A DNA stretch of 63,311 nt, filler included, from Reticulomyxa filosa (lineage: Eukaryota > Protista > Foraminifera), in the NCBI GenBank assembly GCA_000512085.1. It is 21 parts of 21 records of this genome, joined end to end, with 100 filler letters (N's around TTAATTAATTAA, not from the genome) between each part and the next. Parts side by side here need not be neighbours in the genome. Positions count along the whole stretch, not along the records: positions 51,343 to 52,857 come from ASPP01006154.1; positions 52,958 to 54,051 come from ASPP01007124.1; positions 54,152 to 57,338 come from ASPP01014022.1; positions 57,439 to 60,164 come from ASPP01033943.1; positions 60,265 to 62,145 come from ASPP01029628.1; positions 62,246 to 63,311 come from ASPP01047510.1; 15 more parts are not named here. One strand, written 5' to 3'. The position numbers were made by a program, and so were the translations under genes. Below are positions 51,414 through 62,651 of the stretch, one piece after another. How positions within the stretch are numbered: position 1 is the stretch's first letter; each line of letters starts with the position of its first letter. Below the pieces are notes generated by a model. That model saw only the letters and a program-made list of their open reading frames with translations, was not told the DNA's origin and did not search any database.

Positions 51414-52857
51414 TTAAGCCAACTCTTCGCAATAGTGAAGACACTCAGGGGAGATTTGAAAGCGATAAAAGGAATCACCTCGAAGCAAACGGACAATATC
51501 GCGCGCGGCAGCGTCGAAAGCGGCAATCAAAGGCTGCAAAGTGTGGATGGTAGTGTCTTGTTTGAGAAGAAGCATTTGATGTGAAATGTTGGCGGTGGCC
51601 TCGAAGGAGATGTTTAAGAGCGCGACAGAACCGGGCATAATGTAATGGGAATGCAAATAGTGGAACATATCCAAGCAAATGAGCCTCGCCGTGTGCGCGT
51701 TCAAATTGGTTTGCAACAAACGCGGATGCAAACTTTTTTGAATGAGACTAGGGAAAATGGGCACTTCATAGCCAATATCTTTGAATTGTTTATGCAGCTG
51801 ATGCACCGTGATGAAATACTTCAATTGCATATACTCGACCAAAAACAATATATTCTCCAACGACAGCTCTTTCACCAAATGCGACGCAAATAATTCAAAC
51901 CCATTCTTTTCCGATAATATGTCTTCCAATGACACCTGATGACTCACTTCAATGGCCAGCTTTGTCCCATTTTTTTCCTTCAATTGCGACGAACTCATAT
52001 TCGCCACTGTTCGCGCGTCCAACGAAGGGTGGTTTTGAAAGATCTCGTATTCCAATTGGTATCTTCGACGTATACGGAAACAATCCCATTTAAACTTGCA
52101 CTTGCACCTTCGACTACTGCCGCTGTTTCGCTTCCATTTGCATTTCAAGCTGTCTCGCAATGGCAAGTACAAGTCCTTTGGACGCAGCATTATCAGTGCG
52201 TTCACTCCGTGGAGACCACTTATGAACACGATCATCGACAACTGTCGCTCGTATCTCGCCTCGGCTGGGAGTGTCGTTAATGCTATTGTTAATGGCACTA
52301 CCCAAATGAACATGTTCACCATTATTGTTTTCAGTTCTCCTATAGTTTGCAATTTTTTAAAAAATTGTATTTTTTTTTTTTTTTTTAATTAAAAAAAATT
52401 AATCCTCCCCCTTTCCTAGTTCCCCCCCTTTTTTTTTTTTTTTTTGAAAGATTAAACTTTGGATTTCGAACAGGTCGTGACACCTTGTGATCCTAGAAGC
52501 GCAAATGACCAGTGTGATGTCGGTGCAAACGGTGTACGCGATGACAAATACACTGATGTCGTCTTGATTTACGAAGCGCAGCACTGCCCCGATCCCGAAA
52601 AACATGACAAAATACCCCACGAATACTGCCAACACTGTGTGCGTGTTTCCCAAATACTTGCGATAACGCAAGGTCCACGGAATGGTGTTTCTGGTTTCTT
52701 GAATCATTGTCGTCACTTTGGTAGTATTCGTGTTTATGTTCAGCGGCGTATACGTACTCATATTCGTAGCCACAGTCGCGTTCACATTTGTATGCGTATT
52801 GGTAGTGTTGCCATCGGTGCTATTATTGTTACTATTGGTAGTAATAGTAGTAGTAGT
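51414..52857 (-). CDS. Multi-pass membrane protein with C-terminal RGS domain (7TM-RGS-like), 5'-partial
   Basis: At least four hydrophobic helices, then LEDILSEKNGFELFASHLVKELSLENILFLVE...YIMPGSVALLNIS...LLRGDSFYRF. One intron at ~52457-52340. Confidence 0.85.
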
Positions 52858-53073
52858 NNNNNNNNNNNNNNNNNNNNNNNNNNNNNNNNNNNNNNNNNNN
52901 NTTAATTAATTAANNNNNNNNNNNNNNNNNNNNNNNNNNNNNNNNNNNNNNNNNNNNATCGATATTAAATGCTGCTTTATTGCCGGAATCATCAAAATGC
53001 AGCTGGCGTATTGGCCTCTGACTGCGTATGCCTGAATAAGCTGCAATTGGCAGCATTGATTCAGGAGGCGGTA

Positions 53074-53622
53074 ATGACTCTTCCAGCAGAATACCAATGG
53101 CTGAATGCCGAGCCCGGCCCGAAAATGGTGAAAGAAGCGATCAAGGAGTATGGTGTTTTCGAGCAGCCTGGGGATAAAAATAACCCGATAATCATGGCTT
53201 GGGCCAAGGAAATGGGTGAGGACGTGGTCCGCGTCTACTACGCCGACGCGGTGCCGTGGTGCGGTCTGTTCATGGCGGTGGTGGCCAAGCGGGCAGGCAA
53301 GGTTGTGGTCAAGGAGCCGCTGTGGGCCTTGAACTGGGGCAGTTTCGGCCACCATGTCAGCACGCCGATGCTGGGGGACGTGCTGGTGTTCACCCGCACC
53401 ACGCCAGGCGGCAGCAGGGCCGGGCACGTGGGCTTGTACATCGGGGAAACGGATACCCATTATCTGGTACTTGGCGGCAACCAGAACGATAAGGTCTGTA
53501 TCGCGCGGCAAGCCAAAAGCCGGCTGTATACGGCGCGGCGGCCCGATTACAAGGTGCAGCCGTCCAATGTGCGGGTGGTGAAGTTACAGGTTAAAAGCAA
53601 AGAGCCGGTGAAAAACGACTGA
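53074..53622 (+). CDS. Bacterial TIGR02594-family (NlpC/P60/CHAP-like) putative peptidoglycan hydrolase
   Basis: DAVPWCGLFM, GDVLVFTR, GHVGLY, LVLGGNQND. AGGAGG Shine-Dalgarno at 53063-53068 before ATG 53074. GC-rich, intronless contig. Confidence 0.85.
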   Translation: MTLPAEYQWLNAEPGPKMVKEAIKEYGVFEQPGDKNNPIIMAWAKEMGEDVVRVYYADAVPWCGLFMAVVAKRAGKVVVKEPLWALNWGSFGHHVSTPMLGDVLVFTRTTPGGSRAGHVGLYIGETDTHYLVLGGNQNDKVCIARQAKSRLYTARRPDYKVQPSNVRVVKLQVKSKEPVKND

Positions 53623-53819
53623 GCACCACACCACGACCAGTGGCTGGTGAGCGTAAATGGTTTGGTGATTGGTTTTAATTATTATTGAAGCCTTGTATTT
53701 ATTTAATAATCCAATGCTGCGCAAAAGGGAATTGTTTTATCGAAATTCTTTTATGACGTTACGGTGCGATACGTTCCTCGGGCATGGGTCGGAGGAAATA
53801 GCCGCAAAGGAGAATGACG

Positions 53820-54051
53820 ATGAAATCGATTTGGATGCTTCTGCCTGCCACGCTGCTGGCAACGGCTTGCGCCAGCATGATGAGTGTGGGTGATAAACCT
53901 GGCGATATCCCGCCGCGTCTGGTGCGTAGTGACGACGGCCGTATCGGCTGGGATCGGCCATCCGCGTTTGGCCCGGTGCCGGCGGCGGTGGCGGCAAAAG
54001 GCGCAGCAGTGTGCGGCTCGCTCGATAGCGCGAGCGTGCATTACCGGGCGC
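53820..54051 (+). CDS. Bacterial lipoprotein, 3'-partial
   Basis: AAGGAG at 53807-53812 before ATG 53820. Signal peptide MKSIWMLLPATLLATA-C with a lipobox-like end. Confidence 0.7.
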
Positions 54052-54151
54052 NNNNNNNNNNNNNNNNNNNNNNNNNNNNNNNNNNNNNNNNNNNNTTAAT
54101 TAATTAANNNNNNNNNNNNNNNNNNNNNNNNNNNNNNNNNNNNNNNNNNNN

Positions 54152-54244
54152 CTGGTAGAAATGCCAGTAGTGTGGGTATCCGTGCAATGCTGGCAACGCC
54201 CAACGAAATTAGCGGAGATATGGGTTCGAGTCCCATCCCCACCA
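54152..54244 (+). ncRNA. tRNA-like element (aberrant tRNA, pseudo-tRNA or tRNA-derived SINE), 5'-truncated
   Basis: Perfect T-arm ATGGG-TTCGAGT-CCCAT (54220-54236), a 7-nt acceptor strand CCCCACC+A, and D-loop-like CTGGTAGA at the contig start. There is an extra ~34-nt hairpin and an imperfect anticodon arm, and an A/T-rich tail follows. Confidence 0.65.
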
Positions 54245-56685
54245 TTAATAAAATAAAATAAAATTTTTATTTGTTTTATGAAAAAAAAAAAAAAAACATT
54301 AACAAATTTTTACATGCTTTGTGGCGTTGTTGTGTATTATAGTTTCTTTGATCGCGATCAAGCAAGATGAATATCGATCGATGTAATTTGCTTAATTATA
54401 GTCGGACTTTTTTATGTGATTATTTAAACCCCGATAATAATGTTGATCAATTTGCTACTTTACCACATCGTCGCTTTGTATAATATGACAGCTGCAAGGT
54501 TAAAGGGCACATCGTTGAATTTGTTAATAATATAATGAAACGCGATTATCATAATTATCATGTTGTTATATTTGATTTGTCTTGTCAGTTGTAACTCCAA
54601 TAAACTGTGAATTCATTTGCTTCTTTTTTTTTTGTCTTCATTAGACTTGTTCTTTCTCGGACATTTATTCAAACCTTTTTTTTTTTTTGCAAAAAGTCAA
54701 TTATTGTATTGATACGTGAATACAAAGCAAAAAGTTTTTTTAACCAATTTGCAAACGTCAAGATGCGAATACGATTTTATCATGACGACATTTGCAAAGG
54801 AATTGCTTCAGCGCTTGTATGAGATTATTTGTAAATTCTATATGTTGTCGCATTAAAAACCAGTTAAATTAAATCTTCTTCAAAAATCGAATTAGTAAAT
54901 AAATAAACATCTCCATCGCGTGCGATTTGCATTTGGAGTCGGTTAATCGTTTGGTGATTGCATGGAGCTTTTGAAGCTGTGATTATCCAATTGTAACAGT
55001 AATATGATTCTGTGGCTTGCCACTCCATTGCTTGATATAATTTCTTTTATTTATTTATTTCATCATTTGTTATTTGCTGGACTAAATACATTTGGACGCA
55101 AATCGAGTGATTGATATGCCTTGTGGTTGAAAAAAGTAAACGGGCACCTGCTGATGAATGTCCATAAAGCAGTACATTTTAATCCAAGTGCTAGAATTAA
55201 AAAGTTTCTTTCTGTCCAGTCCTTTGTCAAGTCATATCAAAAGAGCGGATTTGCGCATGAGTAGAGAACGCTGCTACTGAATTGTCATTTCTGATATAAG
55301 ATGTGATGACTCTGTATATATTGAAAATGCTGTAAAATTTGAGAACAATGATTACCTATTTTAAATTTTCATTTGATCCAAATATTTAATTTTTTAAAAA
55401 AATTTGAACATTCCCCCTTACTCCCCCCTCCCCACCCTCTCCAAAAAAAATGATAAAATAATCAGAGAAGGGACACGATGATCGAAAGGTGAAAGTGCGG
55501 TCCCTCACAATGGTACCTTCTTCACTGATAGATAAAGCAGTCAAATGAGACTTACGCTTATTGTCGACGTTGGCACTTGAGCGAGCACTACTATGCGTGT
55601 ATTTCTTGAGCGCATCATCTAAGCGTTGTTTGCTTTGGGACTTTCCAAAAGTGCAGTGATAATCACCAGCTAACGACTTGGACGGGAGTTTCACTTCAAT
55701 CAATAGCTTTGTCATCATTCGTTTTTGCTTTTGCAAGTGATACACTTAATTAATTACATCCAGCCACTCTTTCATGTCTGAGATATGCCAGTAATTCTGG
55801 ACTTTATCGTTTTTCCAGACAATACCGATTCTATTCTCGGCGTAGTAAATCCATGCAATCCTTCTCCATATAAGCTATTCATTGCAACAGTCTAGTTTTA
55901 AAAGTTCAAAATCACAACCCACCTAAAACACATTGTAATTTTTTTTTAATAGTCCCCTTTTTTTTTATGGACTTTTTTTTTTGCACCAGCTTTGGTGATG
56001 GTCTTCGTACTCCTATTTTCAAACAAAAAAAATTGCTGTTTGCATAGAACATTGCAAACATAATCTTAATAACACTGAAATTCAATCACCAAACCAAACT
56101 GAAGCAGCACAAAGATTACGTCGATGATGCTGCTGCCAATTCATAATCAAATAATAGCTTTTTTGATTTTCACAATACTGCGTTTTTGATTTGTCAAGAT
56201 TTAAAATTAATTTGTAGTTGCTCTTGTGGAAACGTTGGTTTTTCTTTTCCATCTGTGTGATGCACACGCGATTGAACATAGAGCCCAAGTTACTCAATCG
56301 GGATAGTAGATGTATTCTAATGGTATACATAACGACCATTTGTCACGTTCGTTCACTGATTTATTTGCTCCCTTTTTTGTTCTTTTTCCGTTTTTTTCCA
56401 CATTTCTAACGAATACTATTTGGCAAAATTGATCATGCAGAAACAAAGCACAATTAATCATCGATTCTATTCTTTATTTTCTTTTGGTAATGTAATTGAA
56501 TACAACATGTCTTTGAGTTGAATGCCGGCAGTTGAAACTAATAAAATATAATTATTAAGTTCATACGCTCCAAAGCCAATATTACCAAATACTGATCACA
56601 CATTATTGTTAAACTAAAAAAAGGGCATTCAAATAAATAGTGTTGTAATTTTTATAAGTATTTTTTAGACAAGATCAGTGTTGTC

Positions 56686-57255
56686 ATGTTGAGACGTTTA
56701 TGCAGGGCATCATTTCCATCAGCCAGGAAATGGTCGAATGTTCATCGCATATCGCGTTTCCATATTTCCACCATACAACGTTGCTTGTGTTTTATTTGTT
56801 TTTTGGGGTGTGTGAACAAAGCTCACAGCAAGCCAAAAACGAACAAGTGCAATAAAACCAAAAAAAAAAAGTTAAAAAAAAAAAAAAAACGAAAACTAGG
56901 AATGCAAAAAATCGGATTGAATGACGACCAGCTGTCATATCAGGAATTGGCACTTGACTTTATGCAAAAGGCCTTAAAGCCAAACGCAAAGCACTGGGAA
57001 GAGAAAAGTGAAATGGATTTTTCAGTGCTGCGAGAAGCCGCGAATTTGGGATTTGGTGGATTGTACATTCCAACGGCACACGGTGGGACAGGTTTAAGTC
57101 GCCACGACACAACAGTTGTGTTCGAGGCCTTGTCTCAAGGTTGTGTGTCAACGACGTCCCTGTTGACAATCCACAACATGACTGCGTGGATGTTGTCCAA
57201 CTTTGGAAGCGACGAATTGAGAAAGAAGTATTTACCACAGATGCTTTCATGTGAA
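56686..57255 (+). CDS. ACAD8: Mitochondrial isobutyryl-CoA dehydrogenase, N-terminal exons
   Basis: Arg-rich presequence, then GLNDDQ...LGFGGLYI...GGTGLSRHDTTVVFEALSQGCVSTT..LTIHNM.AWML..FGS. Intron ~56780-56899; truncated by the contig end. Confidence 0.85.
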
Positions 57256-57438
57256 GTTTATTTTTTTTTTTTTTGTGATCTAATCTTTTTGGTATTGATG
57301 TTTTTGCTTTCTTTATGATTGATAAGAGAGGAAGAGAANNNNNNNNNNNNNNNNNNNNNNNNNNNNNNNNNNNNNNNNNNNNTTAATTAATTAANNNNNN
57401 NNNNNNNNNNNNNNNNNNNNNNNNNNNNNNNNNNNNNN

Positions 57439-59501
57439 CACAGCCACAGCCACAGCCACAGACAAAGTCACAGCCACAGCCACAGACAAAGTCACAGACA
57501 CAAGCGCCGAAACCGACATTCGATTACTTTAGCGTGTTTAAACCAGTCAACTATCCAATCGAACAAGGCATCGTTCCGAGCTACCATAGTCCTGAGCCAA
57601 ACAGTCTCGCCCATGCTTCGTCGAATCCGATTGTGTCATCCGTCCAACCTTTTCAGCCTTTTCAACCTTTTCAGCCCTTTCAACCCTTACAGCCCTATCC
57701 ACCTCTCCAATCCGTCCAACCTGTTCAACCTATTCAATCTATTCAACCTATTTCATCTGTTCAACCGACTTCATCTGTTCAATCCACTCATCCCGTACAA
57801 TCACTGCCTCCCTCACAGCCTTTGCAAACCTCGCAATCATCGCCACTCACCAAACCATTGGTGAAACAAATGTCAAAGCCGACCGTGGTTCCAGCAGAGA
57901 CTCAGCCGAGTCTCCAACAGCGCGTGGAAGCAGTGCACAAAGAGGAAGAAAAAACCACTTCTGCGGCGGATAAACCCGAGCTCAAAAAAATTAAGGTAAA
58001 AAGCATTCCGTGTTGATTCCTATAAAAAAAAAAAAAAAAAAAATATAAGCATTGTTTGAATAAACAGTTGAAATTAAAAGTCGGGACGATAGTAGAAGTA
58101 TTTTCGTCGACGAAACAGCAATGGATCGAAGGGAGAATTGATCAAATCAAAGGAGATATGTTGTGCATTATGTACGAGAGCAAAATGAAATGGCTAAAGA
58201 AAGACTCGAGGCAATTGAGACCTAAACAAGAAGATGTGGTATACATATACATATATGTATTATATATATATACATATATTTTTTTATTTTTTATTTTTAA
58301 AAAAATAGTTATATATGCATATACATATATATATGTATATAAGCAAATGGCTTTGTCCGATTCGCAAACACGAGTGCGCATGTCATCGACCAGCGAAAAT
58401 CGAGCTGTACCCAAATCAATCCCCCTTTCGACAGAAGCGCCGCCGCCCATACAAGAGGAAGTGGCACCCAGTGCACCTGCGGCGTATGATTTGTTTTCGA
58501 TGCAAGAGTCGTTTTTGGGCAACCAGCGCATGATCGGCGGTGCAGGGTCCGAAAAGCATGTGGTAAGTGGTGGGGCTGTCGTATCGAAGCCACGTGCCAT
58601 GTCCGTACCCGCTCCGCCTGCACCACCGCCACCTCCGCCTGATGAGTATTATGCCATGGCGCTGTCGAAAAAAGGGGCTCATCATCCCAACGAGCCAAAG
58701 AAGGCGACGAAACTGACTAATCCACTCGCCGACGAGTTCGACTACGAGGTATGCTTCACCGAGTCTGTTCTGGGCATGGAGCTGACTCCGGACCCGGAGG
58801 GCAAGAACTGCATTGTCTCGCGCTGTCTGAGCAAGATCGCCAAGGCGCATGTCGACCCCAGCAGCTTGATCATTTCCGTCAACGACATTTGGGTCGCAGG
58901 TCTGTCGTACGACGCCGTGCGTGACATTATCAAAAATGCCGCAAAGAGTCCGCCCTTGACCATCATGTTCCGCGAAAAAATTCAGCAAGGGGGAGGCCCC
59001 GACTCCTTTCACTCCGACGAAAGGGGATATCTCAAAATCAAAGTCGTCGCCGGCATGCAGCTCAAACATCCCGCGTCCTATGCCGTCGTCCAAGTAGGCA
59101 GTGCACGCTTGTCCACACATACTGTGCCGCGAGATGAACATCCGGAATGGAATGAAATGGTCACCTTCAAAAACTTTAGACCTGATCCAAGCAAAAGTTT
59201 ACATATACACATATATACATATATACATATATGTACATGTACATATATATATACGTATATGTATGTATGTATATGCATGTGATTTGCTACAGAGGCACTT
59301 GTTCAAGTGTTTGATCACAACAAAGTGTTGAAAGATAAACTGATTGGAGAGGCTGAGTTCAATCTGCCACACGAGTTAAACTTACTCCAAAGGGACACAC
59401 TTGATTTAAAGTCTTCCAAAGGCAAATTAGCTGGGGTCATTGTTGTCAATTCGATCATTGTTAGTAGAGACAATACCGTCAAGCATTTGAAGAGATTTTG
59501 A
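57439..59501 (+). CDS. QP-repeat / Tudor(Agenet)-like / PDZ / C2 multidomain protein, 5'-partial
   Basis: (Q-P-x)n repeats; LKVGTIVEVFSSTKQQWIEGRIDQI...IMY...LRP (SH3-fold Tudor-like); LGMEL...CIVSRC...LIISVNDIWV.GLSYDAVRDIIKNA...LTIMFR (PDZ); YLKIKVVAG...HPEWNEMVTF...VFDHNKVLKDKLIGEAEF (C2). Three GT-AG introns. Confidence 0.8.
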
Positions 59502-59808
59502 TTCTTTTTTTTTTTTTTTCTCATTCTTCGTTCTTCCTTTTATGTCTCATATGTCAATACTGTAAGTTGCTTTCGTTAGAACAAAAAAATGCAAGGCTTT
59601 TGCATGGCGTCTTCTTCATTTTTTTTTTTGCGGTAATTTGTGATGAAAAAATGAAATGCAATAAAAAAAAAAACACTACGTTATCAAATCTTAAAGGTGT
59701 CACTGTTTGGGGATAGTTGCATCAAATGAGATAGCAGAAACAGTATAGAAACGCAGAAAACTCTTTCCAAGCTTTTTTTCTCCTACAGCCACGTTTCGTG
59801 GTCAAAGT

Positions 59809-60090
59809 ATGCTCCATTTACCTAAAGAACCAGAAAATACAGTGGAGGGCAAAGAAGTGGTAGTAGAGGGAGATGTGGTGTTGTTGCCGCATTCGAGAGT
59901 GGGCATTGTGCGACATGTCAACACAAATAAAGAGAAAATAAAAATATACGGAATAGAATTGCGATTGACGGATGGGATGTTAGGAAACGGTGACGGCGAG
60001 TACGAGGGTGTGCGTTACTTTAAGACAGACATTAACTGTGCGTGTTTCGTTGAGCGTGAAGAGATAGTACGAAAATTTTTCCCCGAAGTT
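59809..60090 (+). CDS. CAP-Gly domain protein, first exon
   Basis: GDVVLL...VGIVRHV...IYGIEL...GNGDGEYEGVRYF matches the GKNDG...G.RYF CAP-Gly signature. Confidence 0.75.
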
Positions 60091-60468
60091 TGTTGTTGTC
60101 TTCACAAAGTGTATTTAAAAAAAAAAATAAATGCGACGTGTCTCACTTTTTTTTTTTTTTTTTTNNNNNNNNNNNNNNNNNNNNNNNNNNNNNNNNNNNN
60201 NNNNNNNNTTAATTAATTAANNNNNNNNNNNNNNNNNNNNNNNNNNNNNNNNNNNNNNNNNNNNAAACATATTTTGAATAATCAAACAAAATCTTTGATA
60301 TACCCAAAGTTAATATTAGTTCTGCACCAGAGTGTAGGAAGCTCAGTTATAGAAGTTGTAAGTGTAACACAACATACGCTTTTATTGAAAGAAGCTTCCA
60401 ATAAAACAAAACTGAGTTAAATAAAGAATAAGTAACAACAAGAAAAGAAAGCAACAAGAGTTTTGAAG

Positions 60469-60538
60469 GAGTTTAACCTGCTGGGGACTCCTCGTGCCCT
60501 TTAGAGTTCAGCCGTCTGCAGTACGTGCTTACCCTACA
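60469..60538 (-). repeat. Dispersed structured repeat, copy B
   Basis: Homologous to 32640-32708, with compensatory stem changes. Confidence 0.7.
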
Positions 60539-60784
60539 ATAGTGATAATGACTACTTTTTTATGTTGTTTTCAGATGATGTAATTTACTTTTTTCTTTAT
60601 AAAATATGATTTCTTTATTGTGTGTTCAGTACTAAATGAAATATATTGTCAATAATAAAAAATAATGTAATTTTTCTTTAAAAATATGATTCTGCATGAA
60701 ATTCTGTTATTTTTCATGATATTTTTGAAAAAAAATGATTAAAATGAAAAAAATCTAATCATTGCTGATTAGACATTATTATTT

Positions 60785-60917
60785 TCTGCCAATTGCAGTT
60801 GACTGGGCCTGGATGTGGGTCCTAGGATTTAAGTAGCATTACAGCTGCACAAGAACTGCCCAGACGAAGCTTGCTCATCATTGTCTGCACATCCAGATAT
60901 CAACTGAGGTAGGCAGA
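60785..60917 (+). ncRNA. Candidate structured RNA / fold-back element
   Basis: Nested inverted repeats TCTGCC/GGCAGA, CAGTTGA/TCAACTG and CTGGATGTG/CACATCCAG enclose internal hairpins. GC-rich island in AT-rich non-coding DNA. Confidence 0.45.
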
Positions 60918-61299
60918 TGTTAAGTCGATTATTCTCTGATTCGACTTATCTTCTTAACTTTTCATACATAACACTTTTTTTTTTTTTTCTTATGGTTTTT
61001 CATATTGTTTTGACTTTAGTTTTGTTTTTGCGAAAAAGTGTCAATTTCAGTTTTGGTCTCCAAAAAAAAAAAGGGGTAAGCAAGATTTGCAAGAGATTTT
61101 AATGAATATACTTTTGTAGAGTTTCACTTTACTCAATAAAAAAGACTTACAAGTCTTTGTTCAATTAAAAAAAAGAAAAAGACATTTCAGGACAAAAATA
61201 AAACACATTACACAAATGATACACATCCAACCGAAACTCAAAACAAAAAATTTTTTCAATCATTGTGTCAATTTCTTCAAGCACAAAACAAAAAAGGAC

Positions 61300-62015
61300 T
61301 CACAATTGAAATTCCGACAACCAGTCGCCAATTAGAATCCACTTTCAACACACAGAGCACCAAAAAGCGTGTTTATATGGTGGAGCACATTGCGAGACCA
61401 CTTGTATGATTTGCTGCCTGCCACATGATAGCGTGTTTCGTGCTCTTGTTTTCGTTATTCCACAACATGCATGTACCGTCTGAGTTACTTTCATCCACAA
61501 ACGTGCGCAACTCAAATAATCGTCGTGCTTTTTTAATCTGTACAGCTCCTTTTTTAAAGAATTTCAATCAAACGAGAATTATTTTTTTTAGTTTTAGTTG
61601 TTCCCTCCATTTTTTTTACCCCTTTCCCCAATTAAAGATGTGTACGTAGCGCATTCACCAACATCAACAACAAATACATCAATTAAAAAAAAAACTAAAC
61701 TTTAAATTTCAACTTTTCTTCATTTGGTGCATTGTTATCAAAACCACTTGCAGTACAATCATACGATGGCGAAAATGCGTAAATCATGGCCCACGTGTTG
61801 TTCAAAGTTATCACCAACTGCTTATTTCCATTTAATCCATTCCGAACAATTAATTTACCGTCTTGCGAGGTCGTTACTATGTGATGACTGTTCAAACTCC
61901 AATGCAACGCATACATCTTTCCAAATTGTCGTATGTGTAGCTTCCGTCGTTTGGTTCATATCCTTTCACTTCAGTATTTCCTGCAATCTTGGACAACATA
62001 TTCTGGCCTGCATCA
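61300..62015 (-). pseudogene. Heterotrimeric G-protein beta subunit pseudogene
   Basis: YALHWSLNSHHIVTTSQDGKLIV.NG.NGNK..VI.L...WAM..AFSPS....ASG.DN matches G-beta WD1-2. Downstream pieces (LSCAR/FVDE..SDGTCMLW) carry frameshifts, deletions and stops. Confidence 0.75.
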
Positions 62016-62651
62016 TCCCAAACAAAACGCATTCAAACAATTTTTTATTTTTTTTCGTTCACACTTTCGTCCCTTTTTTTTTGTGAAAGGGTAAACTAAA
62101 TAAAAAACTTTACAAAAAAAAAGAATAGAAACAGAAAATTGCATCNNNNNNNNNNNNNNNNNNNNNNNNNNNNNNNNNNNNNNNNNNNNTTAATTAATTA
62201 ANNNNNNNNNNNNNNNNNNNNNNNNNNNNNNNNNNNNNNNNNNNNTTTTTCTTTCATGCAAATAATATAATAATATGATAATATGTAATTGGGAAATGTT
62301 TTCCTGAGTTCAAACAGAACTCTTAACCTTGCCAGAGCTTTACTCTTCGTACATTTCCCTTGCTTTGATTAGTAATTATTTTAATTTGTCTGTTTTTTGC
62401 GGCTATATTTACGACAATAAGCATACCTTACAAAAAATAGCAAACAGATATATCTAACAAAAACATTTATCATAGAACAATAAAAAAACTTAGACCTTTG
62501 CATTTTAGCAAAGATAAGATGAGAAAATTAAAAAAGGTCTTTAATTTGATAGAATTTCAATTGTGTTAAAATGGTTGTGAACAAGGGGGAAAAAAGGATT
62601 TTTTTTTTTTTTTGATGAATATCAATAATAGCATTTGAGAATCATTTGAAG

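Noticed and set aside
53625-53650. Intrinsic terminator after the TIGR02594 gene
   Set aside because: An imperfect hairpin (CACCA..CCAC/GTGG.TGGTG) is present but with no adjacent U-tract.
54152-54244. tmRNA or bacterial CCA-encoding tRNA
   Set aside because: Treating the final CCA as the tail leaves only a 4-nt acceptor strand; the context is eukaryotic AT-rich DNA.
60484-60505. HDV-like ribozyme on the + strand (CTCCTCGTG resembles L3)
   Set aside because: No P1.1 GG, P4 or J4/2 catalytic segment, and the motif is not conserved in copy A.
8273-62245. Recurrent TTAATTAATTAA between N-runs as a biological repeat or CRISPR-like array
   Set aside because: Fixed N44-12-N44 format with stops in all frames; this is an assembly-concatenation linker.
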